Virus record (IMG/VR): IMGVR_UViG_3300027793_000052 | Span: 186,001 to 250,000 of that record | Reading direction: 5' to 3' (one strand) | DNA length: 64,000 nt | Part shown: in pieces, positions 10,113 to 21,219 of the stretch | Position numbering within the stretch: position 1 is the stretch's first letter | How the letters are laid out: each line of letters opens with the position of its first letter | Notes under the pieces: generated by a model | Told to the model about the DNA's origin: nothing | Seen by the model: only the letters and a program-made list of their open reading frames with translations | Databases searched by the model: none | Position numbers and translations under genes: made by a program

Positions 10113-13100
10113 TCATATTTCAGTTTCTAATTTTTTTATATCTTTTCTTTCACCATACACTGTGTAAAAACAGTTTATTGTTACATCATCTTCAGAACCT
10201 ACAGTAACACTATTATCTAAAATTGATGCAACATAAAGTTTTTGATAACTTCCGTTTGGTGTTAGTGTAACTGTTATAGTGTCTACATCAACTAATGACG
10301 ACCAATAATCAGGTAAATTAATTATATTAGAACCAACTAACTTTCCTCTATGGTATACACCATTTTCAGGACCTTCTAATGAACCATAAATTAATTGTTT
10401 ACCTTTTTCAGTTGGGTGTGGTATTGCGAATGATTTTGATGTCGCATATAACGTACCAGCAATATATGTGTCACCAGTAATGTTTAAATTATTGTTACAA
10501 CCATAAATGTTACTAACCCATAAATCTGTAATACAACTAGCTGAAGTGTTACCAGTAAAAGGTGTAGCCTGTGAATATACTTGTGGTACAAAATTAGTAC
10601 CATTCCAAACAATAGTATCACCAGTGTTTATACCCGTAAAATTAACACCTTGTAAACTAGCTATATTTAATAAAGAATTTCCCGAACCATCTTCAAATTC
10701 ATAATTTATTAAATCACCACCATTATCAGTATAAGTTCCACCCGATAATATAATAGAACCATTAACAAACACTAGTTGACCTGAATTTGTTATTTCACCA
10801 TCTACTAATAAATCACCAACAACTAAAGCCTGTTTTCCAAATGGAATATTAAATGTTTCCCCACTAGGGACATAATAAACATTTCTACTACCGTCATTAT
10901 CTACTGTACTACCAGATACAACATTACCATTTGTGTCTAATCCTAAACTAAAAATAGTAGGACCTGTACCAATATTTTTAACATTTAATTTATTAACATA
11001 AACTGTATTGTCTTCAGTACCAATAATTCCTGAACCTAAAACAATTGTTGTATTACCACTGGCTATAGAATTGTTACCGTGTACAAATGAATAAATACCA
11101 CTAGCGGTAGAACCACTACCACTTGCATGTGAATAATCACCACTAGCTATTGTTTGGTAACCTTGAGAATGACTACCATTTCCACTAGATAAGGTATTTA
11201 AACCAAAAGCTGTACTATATTGTGTAGATGCTGTGCTACCATTATATTGTAACTGATCCCATATAGTTATAGGTGAACACCCATGAATATTTGTAACCCA
11301 TAAATCCGTAATACAACTAGCTGAAGTGTTACCAGTAAAGGCCCCACTACCACCAGTATTACCAGATACAACATTACCATTTGCGTCTAATCCTAAACCA
11401 AAAACAATAGAACCTGTACCAATATTTTTAATGTTTAAATAAGGTACATAAACGGTATTAGATGAGTTTCCTGTTATGTTATCACCTAATATAACAACAC
11501 TACTTGTTTGACCACTAATTAATGAATTGGATCCTAATATAATCCTCGAATTCCCAACACCATTATTGGCGTCTAATATTTTATTGTTAAAACCAAATAT
11601 AAAACTATAGTCACTATTGTTTATAAAATTCGATTCACCAAAAGCTGCAGAAAGACCACTTTCATTTAATCTGTTATTTTGACCGGTAATAAAGTTAAAA
11701 TTACCTTCATTTATTGAGTTGGTTTCACCGTTTAATATTATATTGTGTTTGTTACCACTTGAAGATCCACTAATAACGTTTTTGTCACCGTTTATTATTG
11801 TTGAGTATTTTGTTGATGTCCCTAATATATTGTTTTGTCTACCATTTATTATGGTTTCATGTCCAGTTTCACCAGATATTATATTAATTGTGTTTTGTAG
11901 ACCGTTAGTAATTGTTTTCCAACCTGAAAGATTTGTGAGTGTGGATCTAGATATAATTTTATTTTGTCTACCATTAGTTATAACATTGTAAGATTGTCCA
12001 GATATTACGTTAATCAAACCACCATTTATTAATGAATAATCGGAATCGTATATATCATTAAAAAAACCATTAACAATTGTTGATAGTGGGGAACTATCAT
12101 CACTTATTGTGTTACCAGTGCCACCTAATATTATACTACCTTCTGATAAAGTTGTGTTATTACCAGATAAAGGTATAATAGATAATGTCGGTGATCCAAA
12201 TATATATGGTGAAGGTACAACGGAAGCACCAGTTGGTGCTTGCCAAGTTGCCGTACCCCCAGAATCTGAAGTTAATACATATCCTGATTGTTGATTTCCA
12301 TCGATGAATTTAAAAGAACCTGTAGTTCCGGTACCACCAATTTGTAAATTAGCGGTTGGCATTTCTGTTCCATCTGGATTTAATTTTAAACCCAAAAACC
12401 CATTACCACTTCCCGATGCACCATCACCCTTTAATATCATATTAGCGGCACCATCAATTTCAAACCATAAAGTTGCTGACGGATCGGCTGAACCAGGATT
12501 AATAACCATACCAGCAGTACTACCACTTGGTCCGGTTCTTAATACTACTTTATTTCTATAAAAATTGGGCCCCACAGGTCCTGGGTTAACTTTAATCTGA
12601 TTAGAACCTGCAACAAAAAGTTGAGCAAATGCGGATGAATTGTTATATAAAGCAACTACGGATGTGGCTGAACTACTAGTATTTATTGCAGCATAACCCA
12701 CAGCTTGTGTACCTACAGTACCATAATCCATACTTATATAATTCCCTTTAAAACCAGAAACTACTGTGGGTGCTGTTGTGGTACCGTCATTTTCATATTG
12801 ATATATGATATCAGTGTTGAACATTGTACTACCACTAATATGAAATTTTGTTTGTGGGTTAGTACCACCAACCATTACATTACCACCACCCATAACCATA
12901 TAAACATTATCTGATGATGTTGGTTGGATATTAATTGGTGAACACCCGTGAATATTTGTTACGTATAAATCAACAATACACGAACCAGTACCACCTGTAA
13001 AAATAGGTGTGATAGATGATTGTGGTACACTTTTAACATACCCACTACCATCAATTACCAATACATAATCATTAACTGTACCCGCTGAAAGTGAATCCAA

Positions 13101-13427
13101 AAATTGTACCGTACCACCATTTAATGTTAAACCACCCGATGTGATTTGTATTGTACTACCAGAGTCTGTACACGCAACTAATTGCGTTACGTTTATTATA
13201 CTATTACAACTAGCACTTAAATTCCAAGTTAATCCACTAACTGGACCCCAAACAACTTCACCATCCCAACCTGCAGCTGTGGCAACATAACCAGGTACTG
13301 GATTTTTTTGTATTCTTAATAACCCAGTTGGATAAATATTGGTTTCACCTGATAATGTAATACTGGTACCACTATATTGTACCAATTGACGATCCTCAAA
13401 ATTTGGACGTGTAAAAAAATTACCCAT
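10113..13427 (-). CDS. Tail fibre-like virion protein (1104 aa) with Cys-containing repeats
   Basis: Three FTG(N/G)T-x-SC-I-x-DL(W/Y)V-x-NI-x-GC repeats; trimeric-adhesin-like G-x-x-S-x-A-x-G stretches; C-terminal KSFAIPHP...LEGPENGVYHRG domain typical of phage fibres. Confidence 0.75.
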   Translation of the reverse strand: MGNFFTRPNFEDRQLVQYSGTSITLSGETNIYPTGLLRIQKNPVPGYVATAAGWDGEVVWGPVSGLTWNLSASCNSIINVTQLVACTDSGSTIQITSGGLTLNGGTVQFLDSLSAGTVNDYVLVIDGSGYVKSVPQSSITPIFTGGTGSCIVDLYVTNIHGCSPINIQPTSSDNVYMVMGGGNVMVGGTNPQTKFHISGSTMFNTDIIYQYENDGTTTAPTVVSGFKGNYISMDYGTVGTQAVGYAAINTSSSATSVVALYNNSSAFAQLFVAGSNQIKVNPGPVGPNFYRNKVVLRTGPSGSTAGMVINPGSADPSATLWFEIDGAANMILKGDGASGSGNGFLGLKLNPDGTEMPTANLQIGGTGTTGSFKFIDGNQQSGYVLTSDSGGTATWQAPTGASVVPSPYIFGSPTLSIIPLSGNNTTLSEGSIILGGTGNTISDDSSPLSTIVNGFFNDIYDSDYSLINGGLINVISGQSYNVITNGRQNKIISRSTLTNLSGWKTITNGLQNTINIISGETGHETIINGRQNNILGTSTKYSTIINGDKNVISGSSSGNKHNIILNGETNSINEGNFNFITGQNNRLNESGLSAAFGESNFINNSDYSFIFGFNNKILDANNGVGNSRIILGSNSLISGQTSSVVILGDNITGNSSNTVYVPYLNIKNIGTGSIVFGLGLDANGNVVSGNTGGSGAFTGNTSASCITDLWVTNIHGCSPITIWDQLQYNGSTASTQYSTAFGLNTLSSGNGSHSQGYQTIASGDYSHASGSGSTASGIYSFVHGNNSIASGNTTIVLGSGIIGTEDNTVYVNKLNVKNIGTGPTIFSLGLDTNGNVVSGSTVDNDGSRNVYYVPSGETFNIPFGKQALVVGDLLVDGEITNSGQLVFVNGSIILSGGTYTDNGGDLINYEFEDGSGNSLLNIASLQGVNFTGINTGDTIVWNGTNFVPQVYSQATPFTGNTSASCITDLWVSNIYGCNNNLNITGDTYIAGTLYATSKSFAIPHPTEKGKQLIYGSLEGPENGVYHRGKLVGSNIINLPDYWSSLVDVDTITVTLTPNGSYQKLYVASILDNSVTVGSEDDVTINCFYTVYGERKDIKKLETEI

Positions 13428-14572
13428 TATATTACTGTAATACCTAAAGGTCTGTATTGTAATGCTTTATTTAATTGTTCAGCTTCAGTTGCCTTACGTG
13501 TTAACATATTTTCAGGACGTAGTCTTTCTAATCTTTCTGTTAATCTTTCCGTTAAAACGGTTCTATCTTCTTTAGCCTCACTTAATAAGGATTCATAATC
13601 CATGGTGACTTCAGCATCTGTAACACCTAAAGCACCACCAAATTTACCTCTAACACGTCCTAGGGTTTCTTTACATAAAGCGGTAAACCAATCCCTAACC
13701 CATTGTTTGGATGGTGAATTAAGTTCTGTATAGTTAACAACATCTACAGGAACATCTGAAGGTAATTTAACAATATCTTTGTTAGCATTAAGACATCTTT
13801 GTCTTTCTTCATCAGAGGTTGTTTCATAATACCAATACCAAACTTTACTACCACCTACATTTATTTTTTGACCTCCAGCAAATCCAGCACCACCAAAAGA
13901 TAATCTACTACCTGGGGGTGGTGATAAATGTAATAATTTAGTTCCGTTTGGTCCTCCAGTCACCCAATAAGTTAATTGAGAACTGACAATTCTTTGTTTT
14001 AAATTATAATCAGCATTTCTTAATACAATATCGTATGCTGGTGCCAAATAAAATCCACCATAACCAAACCCACCACCTGCAGCACCATACGGTAATTGAG
14101 CAACACCACCACCAAAACCGTAATCACCAAAACCATAGTTTGAGTATAACGCATAATCAACTGTGGGTGGTTGGAAATATAATACTTCGTTTATTTCCCT
14201 ACCCGCAGGTATTTGATAAACTTGTCTACCATTTTCTAAAACGACGTAATCTTGTTTTAATTCCCAAGGACCTCTTGCCTGTAAACCCACAATTTTTGAA
14301 TAGGCATAAGTAAAGGAATCCTCATAGTTTAAACTTCTTGTTGTTAAAGCTTTACTTAAATCTGCCGTACTTAAATTAATACCGTCTAATGACGACCATT
14401 GAGTTTCAATTAACCATTCATTAACAAATGAAGAGTGGTCCTCTATAGCAATTTCCAATAAAGTACACATTTGTTCATCATCCAACTCAATTTTTCTAAG
14501 TGGAGCACCCAATCTGTGTCTGACCTGTCTGAATAATTTCTGTTTTTCAGCATTTTCTATTATAAGTGACAT
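13427..14572 (-). CDS. Neck protein, T4 gp13-like
   Basis: N-terminal RHRLGAPLRKIELDDEQ and C-terminal LGRVRGKF...G.T.D..LL.EA motifs; position near gp14/gp15-like genes. Confidence 0.75.
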   Translation of the reverse strand: MSLIIENAEKQKLFRQVRHRLGAPLRKIELDDEQMCTLLEIAIEDHSSFVNEWLIETQWSSLDGINLSTADLSKALTTRSLNYEDSFTYAYSKIVGLQARGPWELKQDYVVLENGRQVYQIPAGREINEVLYFQPPTVDYALYSNYGFGDYGFGGGVAQLPYGAAGGGFGYGGFYLAPAYDIVLRNADYNLKQRIVSSQLTYWVTGGPNGTKLLHLSPPPGSRLSFGGAGFAGGQKINVGGSKVWYWYYETTSDEERQRCLNANKDIVKLPSDVPVDVVNYTELNSPSKQWVRDWFTALCKETLGRVRGKFGGALGVTDAEVTMDYESLLSEAKEDRTVLTERLTERLERLRPENMLTRKATEAEQLNKALQYRPLGITVI

Positions 14573-14610
14573 GTGGACTTTATTTCATAAATATCCACAA
14601 CTTTATAATG

Positions 14611-16440
14611 TTAACGTGTATTTTGTTTTTTAATTAAAGTTTCAACTAAATCTGTCATTATATCAACAGATTGGTTTTCTTCACCCATTACAGTGGATAT
14701 AATTTCTTTTTTCTTTTGAAGGGTTTCGTATATTCTTTCTTCTATTGTGTCAGAGAAAATTGGGTAGTAAATGTTAACAGTTTTGTCTTGGCCGATGCGG
14801 TATGCCCTATCTTCAGCTTGTTGGTGATTGGACGGAACAAAATCCAAATCATGCATGATGGTTGTATCTGCAGCAGTTAATGTAATTGCAGAACCAGCCG
14901 AAATAATATTACCAATGAATACCCTAACATTAGGGTTGTTTTGAAATTCATCTATAGATTTTTGTTTTTCTTTATCTGACATTTCACCATTGTGACAAAC
15001 TGCTAAATCACCTAATTCTTTTTTCATGGATTTTAAAGATTCAGTGAATACCGTGAATACTATGATTTTTTTATTCTCAGACTGTTCCAAGAAATTATTA
15101 ATCATATCTAATGTCATTGGTACTTTTTCTTGTGAAATAAATTTTCGTAAAACAACCATTTCGACCATTTGTCTACCAGCACCCAACTTTTTACCTTCCA
15201 ATTCTAACCAAAACAAATAATCATCAAACGCCTCTTTATAACCTTTTTTATTATCCAAATCTAAATAAAAAGGTGATATAATCTTAGGTGGTAAATCCAA
15301 ATGATCCTCTTTTCTTCTTCTAATAATATAGTTTTTAGTCTTTTGGTGTAATTCTTCTAAGTTAGAGGCACCGTCTGTTAACCAAATTCTTTTAACCTTA
15401 CCTGATTTTAACTTTTTGTTAAATGATTTAGCGGCACAATATCTATAAGCAAAGTGTTGAAAATTACTAACTACGGGGACTTCACAAACTTTTAAAAGAT
15501 TATAATAATCCATGGGTCTGTTAGCTATTGGTGTGCCAGTTAATAACCAAACATTTTCTACGGTCTCAGATATTTGTGAAACAATTTTACCCCTTATAGA
15601 AGATTTATTTTTAATCATGTGAGCCTCATCAACAATAATTAAATCAAACTTTTCTTCGTTAATATAACTTTTAGGTTCTTCCTTTTTACGTTTATCTTCA
15701 ATTTCATGAAACCTATTTAATATATCATAATTAATAATGGTAAAGAATTTGGGTTGCCAAAAACCTGATTTAACAATTGTTACATATTCCTCATCAATAT
15801 ATTCTGTGATTTCACGAAACCAATTTATCTTAGCATTGGCAGGACATATAACCAATATTTTTTCTGCACCTGATAATAAAGCTGCCGATATAGCCGATTT
15901 GGTCTTACCAAGACCCATATCGTCAGAAAGAATACATTTTTTTCTCTTTAGTAAAAACTTTACAGCCTGTTCTTGGTGTTTAAATAATGACCTACCTTTT
16001 TTATTTATTTTATTAACGGAATCGAAATCAACTTCTAAATCCTCATAAGGTTCATAAAACATATCTGTTAATAACTGTGTTTTTGGTATATGAAATAAAA
16101 TAGGTTCTTTTTGATTTTTATATAATAAACCTCTTACGTGATATGACTTTTCGTTTTCAGCTAAAACTGATTGTACAAAAACTTTTTCAGGTATATTTTT
16201 TAGATTATATTTTTCTTTTAATTGTTCACCTAAATAAGAAGTTATTTCAACCACCTTATCAACCTTGGTCGGTTCTGTACCAATATTTTCCTCCACGTAA
16301 GATATTTGAGATGGGGTTAAAATATAAAAGCCTTCCACCTCTAATTTCTTTTTCATTTTTAAAATGTGATCATTACCACCTTGATAATTTTTTATCTTCT
16401 CTAATGTGGTTTTACTCTTTAATTTGGTTAAATCTACCAT
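14611..16440 (-). CDS. SWI2/SNF2-family (HARP/SMARCAL1-like) helicase
   Basis: DDMGLGKT (Walker A), IIVDEAH, LLTGTP, QAEDRAYRIGQ (motif VI). Confidence 0.93.
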   Translation of the reverse strand: MVDLTKLKSKTTLEKIKNYQGGNDHILKMKKKLEVEGFYILTPSQISYVEENIGTEPTKVDKVVEITSYLGEQLKEKYNLKNIPEKVFVQSVLAENEKSYHVRGLLYKNQKEPILFHIPKTQLLTDMFYEPYEDLEVDFDSVNKINKKGRSLFKHQEQAVKFLLKRKKCILSDDMGLGKTKSAISAALLSGAEKILVICPANAKINWFREITEYIDEEYVTIVKSGFWQPKFFTIINYDILNRFHEIEDKRKKEEPKSYINEEKFDLIIVDEAHMIKNKSSIRGKIVSQISETVENVWLLTGTPIANRPMDYYNLLKVCEVPVVSNFQHFAYRYCAAKSFNKKLKSGKVKRIWLTDGASNLEELHQKTKNYIIRRRKEDHLDLPPKIISPFYLDLDNKKGYKEAFDDYLFWLELEGKKLGAGRQMVEMVVLRKFISQEKVPMTLDMINNFLEQSENKKIIVFTVFTESLKSMKKELGDLAVCHNGEMSDKEKQKSIDEFQNNPNVRVFIGNIISAGSAITLTAADTTIMHDLDFVPSNHQQAEDRAYRIGQDKTVNIYYPIFSDTIEERIYETLQKKKEIISTVMGEENQSVDIMTDLVETLIKKQNTR

Positions 16441-16498
16441 AATGAAAAATAAATATAATAATCAACTGTGGAAAATAAAGAAAATACATATTTAGTAA

Positions 16499-16506
16499 AT
16501 ATTTAT
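16499..16506 (+). promoter_or_regulatory. Representative copy of recurrent ATATTTAT upstream motif (candidate phage late promoter)
   Basis: About 20 sense-oriented copies, mostly 5-75 nt upstream of starts; see findings. Confidence 0.6.
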
Positions 16507-16523
16507 TGAAATAAAAGTGTGCT

Positions 16524-17042
16524 ATGAGTAAGAAAAGATTTCCTGTAAATAGAATGGGCAAGTTTTACGATGAGATAGATTTTTCTATCGAAAATGAAAT
16601 GGCCCGTGAATATCTCGAAGGAGATCTAAATCTCGTGGTCGTTTTATTTCAAGTAGATAGAAAAGATACACTTGTTGATGATGTTTATGGTGAGGCTAAA
16701 GCAAATGAAATTAAATTCAAGGCACCTAAAGAACTTAGAGTTAAATTAAAATTAGAAGAGGCTCAAAATAAATCTTATTCTGGTGGTATGAATAGATATA
16801 TGGATTACGGTCAATTAATCTTTACCATTTTTCAAGAGCAATTGGATGAGTTAAATTGTGATATAAATTATGGTGATTATATAGGTTATTCAGACCGTGA
16901 AGACAATATTAAGTACTTCACAGTGACTAATGATGGTAAGATATATTCAGATAATGCTCACACAAGATTAGGATACAAAGGTTATTATAGAACAATAACT
17001 TGCACAAACGCAGATATGAACGAATTTTTACCAAATTATTAA
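16524..17042 (+). CDS. Head completion/neck protein, T4 gp14-like
   Basis: Size, DDVYGE...F.AP.EL motif and synteny ahead of the gp15-like gene. Confidence 0.6.
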   Translation: MSKKRFPVNRMGKFYDEIDFSIENEMAREYLEGDLNLVVVLFQVDRKDTLVDDVYGEAKANEIKFKAPKELRVKLKLEEAQNKSYSGGMNRYMDYGQLIFTIFQEQLDELNCDINYGDYIGYSDREDNIKYFTVTNDGKIYSDNAHTRLGYKGYYRTITCTNADMNEFLPNY

Positions 17043-17045
17043 TAT

Positions 17046-18086
17046 ATGTCACTACCAAAAAAATTTAAAAAAGATATAAATATTAAACAATTGGATCCAC
17101 AAGGTGGCCCAAAAGCTTATATTAATGATTATTTGGATAAAAACAAAACCAATTTACCCAGAGGTGTTGACCACGCCGATTTGGATAAAGGGTTTGTTGA
17201 ATGGGTCGATAATGAGTTGGGTATTGTAATTGATGGTGAAAAAGTACCTGTTAGTTTTTTAACAGCACAAAGATGGGCTGAATTTACCAAAACATGGCAA
17301 TCTTCAGACAAATATAAAAATATTAAAATACCTTTTGTATCTGTTGTTAGAAAACCTGATGCTCAACCTGGTACTAATCCATCAGATTTTAAAATACCTG
17401 TAAGGGCAAAGTTTCCTTATATGACCGTTCCTGTATGGGATGGTAATAAAAAAGGGGCTGATGTTTATATGATACCACAACCTGTTGGTGTTGATTTAAC
17501 TTATACTGTTAGATTTTTCACTTTTAGAATGAATGAGTTAAATAAGTTAAATCAAAAAGTTCTAACAACTTTTGCGTCATCACAGGCATATGTAAACATA
17601 AAGGGGCACTTCTTCCCTATCTTAATGGAAAGTATTGGGGATGAATCCACTATAGATGATATAGACGGTAAAAGATACTATGTTCAAACATATGAACTTA
17701 AAATGCAAGCTTATATTTTAGATGAAGATGAATTTGAAGTAAAACCTGGTATGGAGAGGGCTATTTTATCTTACGAGGTTGAATCTAAACGTCCTAAAGC
17801 TGTTGTTAAGTTAATCAAAGATGAAACTAAAGACGATAGAACAATAACAGCGATATTCCAATTTTTACCTGGATCACCAACCACCGTAACATTTCAAAAT
17901 GATACGTTGGCAACTTTTGTTACATTAGAAATTCAAAATATAACAGCAGCAACAATAAGAGTTAACGGCAATATAGTGTCATTACCATTTTCAGTGAAAG
18001 ATGGTGATATGATAAGTATAAGTGTTGTTAGAACGGATTCTACTTCCTTGTCGGAAATAATATTAAGAGGAACTGTACCATTATAA
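17046..18086 (+). CDS. Tail completion/terminator protein, T4 gp15-like
   Basis: VPV.F...RW...IKIPFVSVVR and QPVGVDLTY.V.F motifs; synteny. Confidence 0.6.
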   Translation: MSLPKKFKKDINIKQLDPQGGPKAYINDYLDKNKTNLPRGVDHADLDKGFVEWVDNELGIVIDGEKVPVSFLTAQRWAEFTKTWQSSDKYKNIKIPFVSVVRKPDAQPGTNPSDFKIPVRAKFPYMTVPVWDGNKKGADVYMIPQPVGVDLTYTVRFFTFRMNELNKLNQKVLTTFASSQAYVNIKGHFFPILMESIGDESTIDDIDGKRYYVQTYELKMQAYILDEDEFEVKPGMERAILSYEVESKRPKAVVKLIKDETKDDRTITAIFQFLPGSPTTVTFQNDTLATFVTLEIQNITAATIRVNGNIVSLPFSVKDGDMISISVVRTDSTSLSEIILRGTVPL

Positions 18087-18529
18087 TGAGTAATAATTTT
18101 TGTGGAAATAGTGATATAACCAAAATATTCGTAGTAGAACCTACTAATACTGTTAGTTTTAGTGCTGAAACAATCAATATTACTGGTGATGCAACAATAG
18201 GTGGTGATATTATAAATTGTGGTTCTGGAAGTACTTTATATACAGAAAATATTGTTGCTTGTGAAAGTGGTGTTACAATTAATAATGCAATCACAGTTTA
18301 TAATACTGAAGTTTTACCAACTTCCGATAATTTAATCAGTGTTGGTTCACCTAGTAGAAGATTTAGAAATGTGAACACGGTTAGCGGAACTTCAACAGTA
18401 TGGACTGCAACTGGTATAATTTACACGCCTATATTAAATTTAGGACAAGATTTAAGTGGTAATACTAGAGAAATAACAGCTGAAAATTCAATAATTCAAG
18501 ATGATATATTAAATGGAGGATCTTATTAA
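18086..18529 (+). CDS. Small fibre-associated virion protein
   Basis: ORF coupled to the upstream gene; VLP..DN...VGS...RF motif; ends ILNGGSY. Confidence 0.65.
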   Translation: MSNNFCGNSDITKIFVVEPTNTVSFSAETINITGDATIGGDIINCGSGSTLYTENIVACESGVTINNAITVYNTEVLPTSDNLISVGSPSRRFRNVNTVSGTSTVWTATGIIYTPILNLGQDLSGNTREITAENSIIQDDILNGGSY

Positions 18530-18562
18530 TAAAAAGTAGATATTTATATAAAAAAATAAAAC

Positions 18563-20263
18563 ATGGCAACAAGAAGGACAATTTATAAATTAAAAAGTAA
18601 CCAAACCAATAATGGTGCATTACCTACGAGTGGTGTACAAATGGGTGAACCGTTGGTTAACTTATTTAACGGGGTAGTATTTTTTTCGGGTACAACAGGT
18701 GGTAATTATACACCTTTTGTAGATCCATCAAATGTAACATCTGGTGGTACTTATTTTGAGGTGGGTTCTAATCTTTATGATTTAAAAATTAGAAATAAAA
18801 TAACATCATATGGTGGTGCTAGTTTAGTAGGAAAATTCCTATCTGGTACCACCACAGGTTTTGTGTTAGCAGACATATCGGCCATTGCTGCCTCTACCAA
18901 CACTTATGTGACTGGTGGTACGTGGACACCTAACACATTAACTTTAGGTTTAAATGATGGATCTATAGCATCACCAATTACTATAGGCAGTTTTAACGAT
19001 TTAAGTCTATACGGTACAACAAATGTAAACGGTAATTTAACTGTAACAGGTACCTCTAGTTTACAAGGTGTAACAGCAACAAATATTAACGCTAATAATG
19101 TTTACGCGTCTAGTACGTTAAGTGCTGTAACTGGTAATATTACAACTGTTAACTCTACTACTACAAATACTAATAATTTATTTGTTACTGGTACTGAAAT
19201 TGTAAATAACTTAACAATAACTGGTACTGGTTTATATAATACAACAGCCACAGGTACTAATCCATTTGAAATTGTTAACTTTACCTCTTTAACTGGTTAT
19301 GTAGAAACTAATGATACTTACGTAACTGGTGGTACGGTAACTACACCAGCTAGTAATAGTAGTAAAACTGTGACTGTTGGTTTGAATTACAAACGTCCTG
19401 ATGGTAATAACTATACTTTAACAACTGAAAATACATTTGTAACTGGTGGTACATATAGTTCTGGTACAATAACTTTAACAAGAAATGACGGCATTCAAGT
19501 ACCTATTAGTGGTTTAAGTTCTACAGATACGTTTGTTACGGGATTTACTTACAGTGCTTCAAGTAACAAAATAACAATTTCACAAAATCAAGGTAAAGAT
19601 GATTTAACCGAATATATTAACGCATTCTCTGGTTTAAGTATCACTGATTTAACATCTGGACAAGTTGTTTACGCTAGTACCGGTGGTAGATTAAAAACCG
19701 AATCGGATTTCTTATATAATGATAGTAATAATACTTTAACAATTGGTACTACTTCAGGTAAATTAATTGTTAATAATGGATTATCGGATGGAGCATCAAC
19801 TTTTGGTCAAGGTGGTGTAACTATAGGTTCAGGTGGTTCACACTCAACCCCTGGTATCGGTGATTTAATTGTTCACGGTAATTTCATAGTATTCGGTACA
19901 GGCACTACTGTAGCAACAAATGAACTATATGTTGAGGATCCACAAATTACATTAAACTATAACCCAACAGGTAACACTTCATCTACGTCTATCGCTTCAG
20001 GTCTTAGAATACAAGATGGTAGTGGTACACAAGGTACTGACACTTATTTTACTGTAGCAAGATTAGACACATTAACTGGTTTAACCGGTAATCAAGTACC
20101 TGTTGTAACTGAATATACGGTAGGTGGTATTGGTAACCCTAACAGAGGTTGGTTAACTCAATTGAATGACATTGTTATTAGAAATACCAATTTAAATAAT
20201 GGAGCACCTAACGGTGTAAGGGTGTTGGCCGAATTTGATATTTTAGATGGCGGGCTTTATTGA
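18563..20263 (+). CDS. Tail fibre/collar-like virion protein
   Basis: N-terminal KLKS...LP...GEP.VN attachment motif shared with 21220; T/G-rich YVTGGT repeats; ends ILDGGLY. Confidence 0.7.
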   Translation: MATRRTIYKLKSNQTNNGALPTSGVQMGEPLVNLFNGVVFFSGTTGGNYTPFVDPSNVTSGGTYFEVGSNLYDLKIRNKITSYGGASLVGKFLSGTTTGFVLADISAIAASTNTYVTGGTWTPNTLTLGLNDGSIASPITIGSFNDLSLYGTTNVNGNLTVTGTSSLQGVTATNINANNVYASSTLSAVTGNITTVNSTTTNTNNLFVTGTEIVNNLTITGTGLYNTTATGTNPFEIVNFTSLTGYVETNDTYVTGGTVTTPASNSSKTVTVGLNYKRPDGNNYTLTTENTFVTGGTYSSGTITLTRNDGIQVPISGLSSTDTFVTGFTYSASSNKITISQNQGKDDLTEYINAFSGLSITDLTSGQVVYASTGGRLKTESDFLYNDSNNTLTIGTTSGKLIVNNGLSDGASTFGQGGVTIGSGGSHSTPGIGDLIVHGNFIVFGTGTTVATNELYVEDPQITLNYNPTGNTSSTSIASGLRIQDGSGTQGTDTYFTVARLDTLTGLTGNQVPVVTEYTVGGIGNPNRGWLTQLNDIVIRNTNLNNGAPNGVRVLAEFDILDGGLY

Positions 20264-20311
20264 TGTTGTCCGAGGAATATTATACTTTTCGTAAAAACTA
20301 ACATATTTATA

Positions 20312-20342
20312 AGCCGAGTAGTCAAATCTACTCGGTTTTTTT
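20312..20342 (+). terminator. Hairpin plus T7 tract abutting the GIY-YIG start codon
   Basis: CCGAGTAG-TCAAAT-CTACTCGG-TTTTTTT immediately followed by ATG 20343. Confidence 0.75.
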
Positions 20343-21113
20343 ATGAATAAAGGTATATACAAAATTACAAACCTAAAAAACGATAAAGTTTATATTGGTC
20401 AATCAGAAAATCTTAATAACAGAGAGTGGAACCATTTTTACTGGTTGGGCAGGGGTGAGCATCATAATGAACATCTTCAAAAATCCTACAATAAATACGG
20501 TAGGGAAAGTTTTATTTTTGAAGTAATTGAATACACCGATGATTTAGATAATCGTGAGTTACATTGGATTAATGAATGTGGTGGGGTTAATTCTGAATTA
20601 AACTATAATTTAAAAGATCCTACATCCAAAGAATGGTCAGATTATGTTAGGGTTAAACAAAGTAAAAAAATGTTAGGTGAGAATAACCCTAATTTCGGTA
20701 ATAAATGGACCGATGAACAAAAAGAAATGTTATCTAAAAGAAGAAAAGGTTTAACTTTAGAAGAAAGAATTGGTGTTGAAAAGGCAAAATTAGCTAAACA
20801 AAAAATGTCAAAATCACAAACCGGACGAAAACATCCAAATGATGTTAAAGAAAAAATTAGGCAAGCCAATGTGGGTGAAAATAATCCAGCGTATGGTATG
20901 GGTGATAGGCAGAGAGGTGATAAAAACCCAATGTATGGTAAACCAAGCAGTAAACGAAAACCTATACAACAATTCACTAAAGAAGGTGTTTTCATTAAAG
21001 AATATGAATTCTTATCACAAGTAATGGACAATGGATTTAATGCTAGTAACGTTTGTACTGTAGCTAACGGTAGGTTAAAATCAACTGGTGGTTTTATTTG
21101 GAGGTATAAATAA
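20343..21113 (+). mobile_element. Free-standing GIY-YIG homing endonuclease with NUMOD3 repeats and C-terminal NUMOD1-like HTH
   Basis: KGIYKITN...KVYIGQS, RE..H, E in LDNRELHWI, YNL; GENNP.(F/Y)G repeats; QFTKEG.FIKEY...GGFIWRY. Confidence 0.9.
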
Positions 21114-21219
21114 TTTTTTACAACAATTTTTAATTGTTTAAACAATTGTAATATTTATTACTAAGGATTATATAATCCAACTAACTTAACCTAAATAGGT
21201 ACTTTAAATAGTCATAAAT

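Noticed and set aside
5385-11431. Repeat pairs considered as diversity-generating retroelement TR/VR
   Set aside because: All copies are in-frame intragenic repeats, mismatches are not adenine-specific, and no reverse transcriptase is present in the window.
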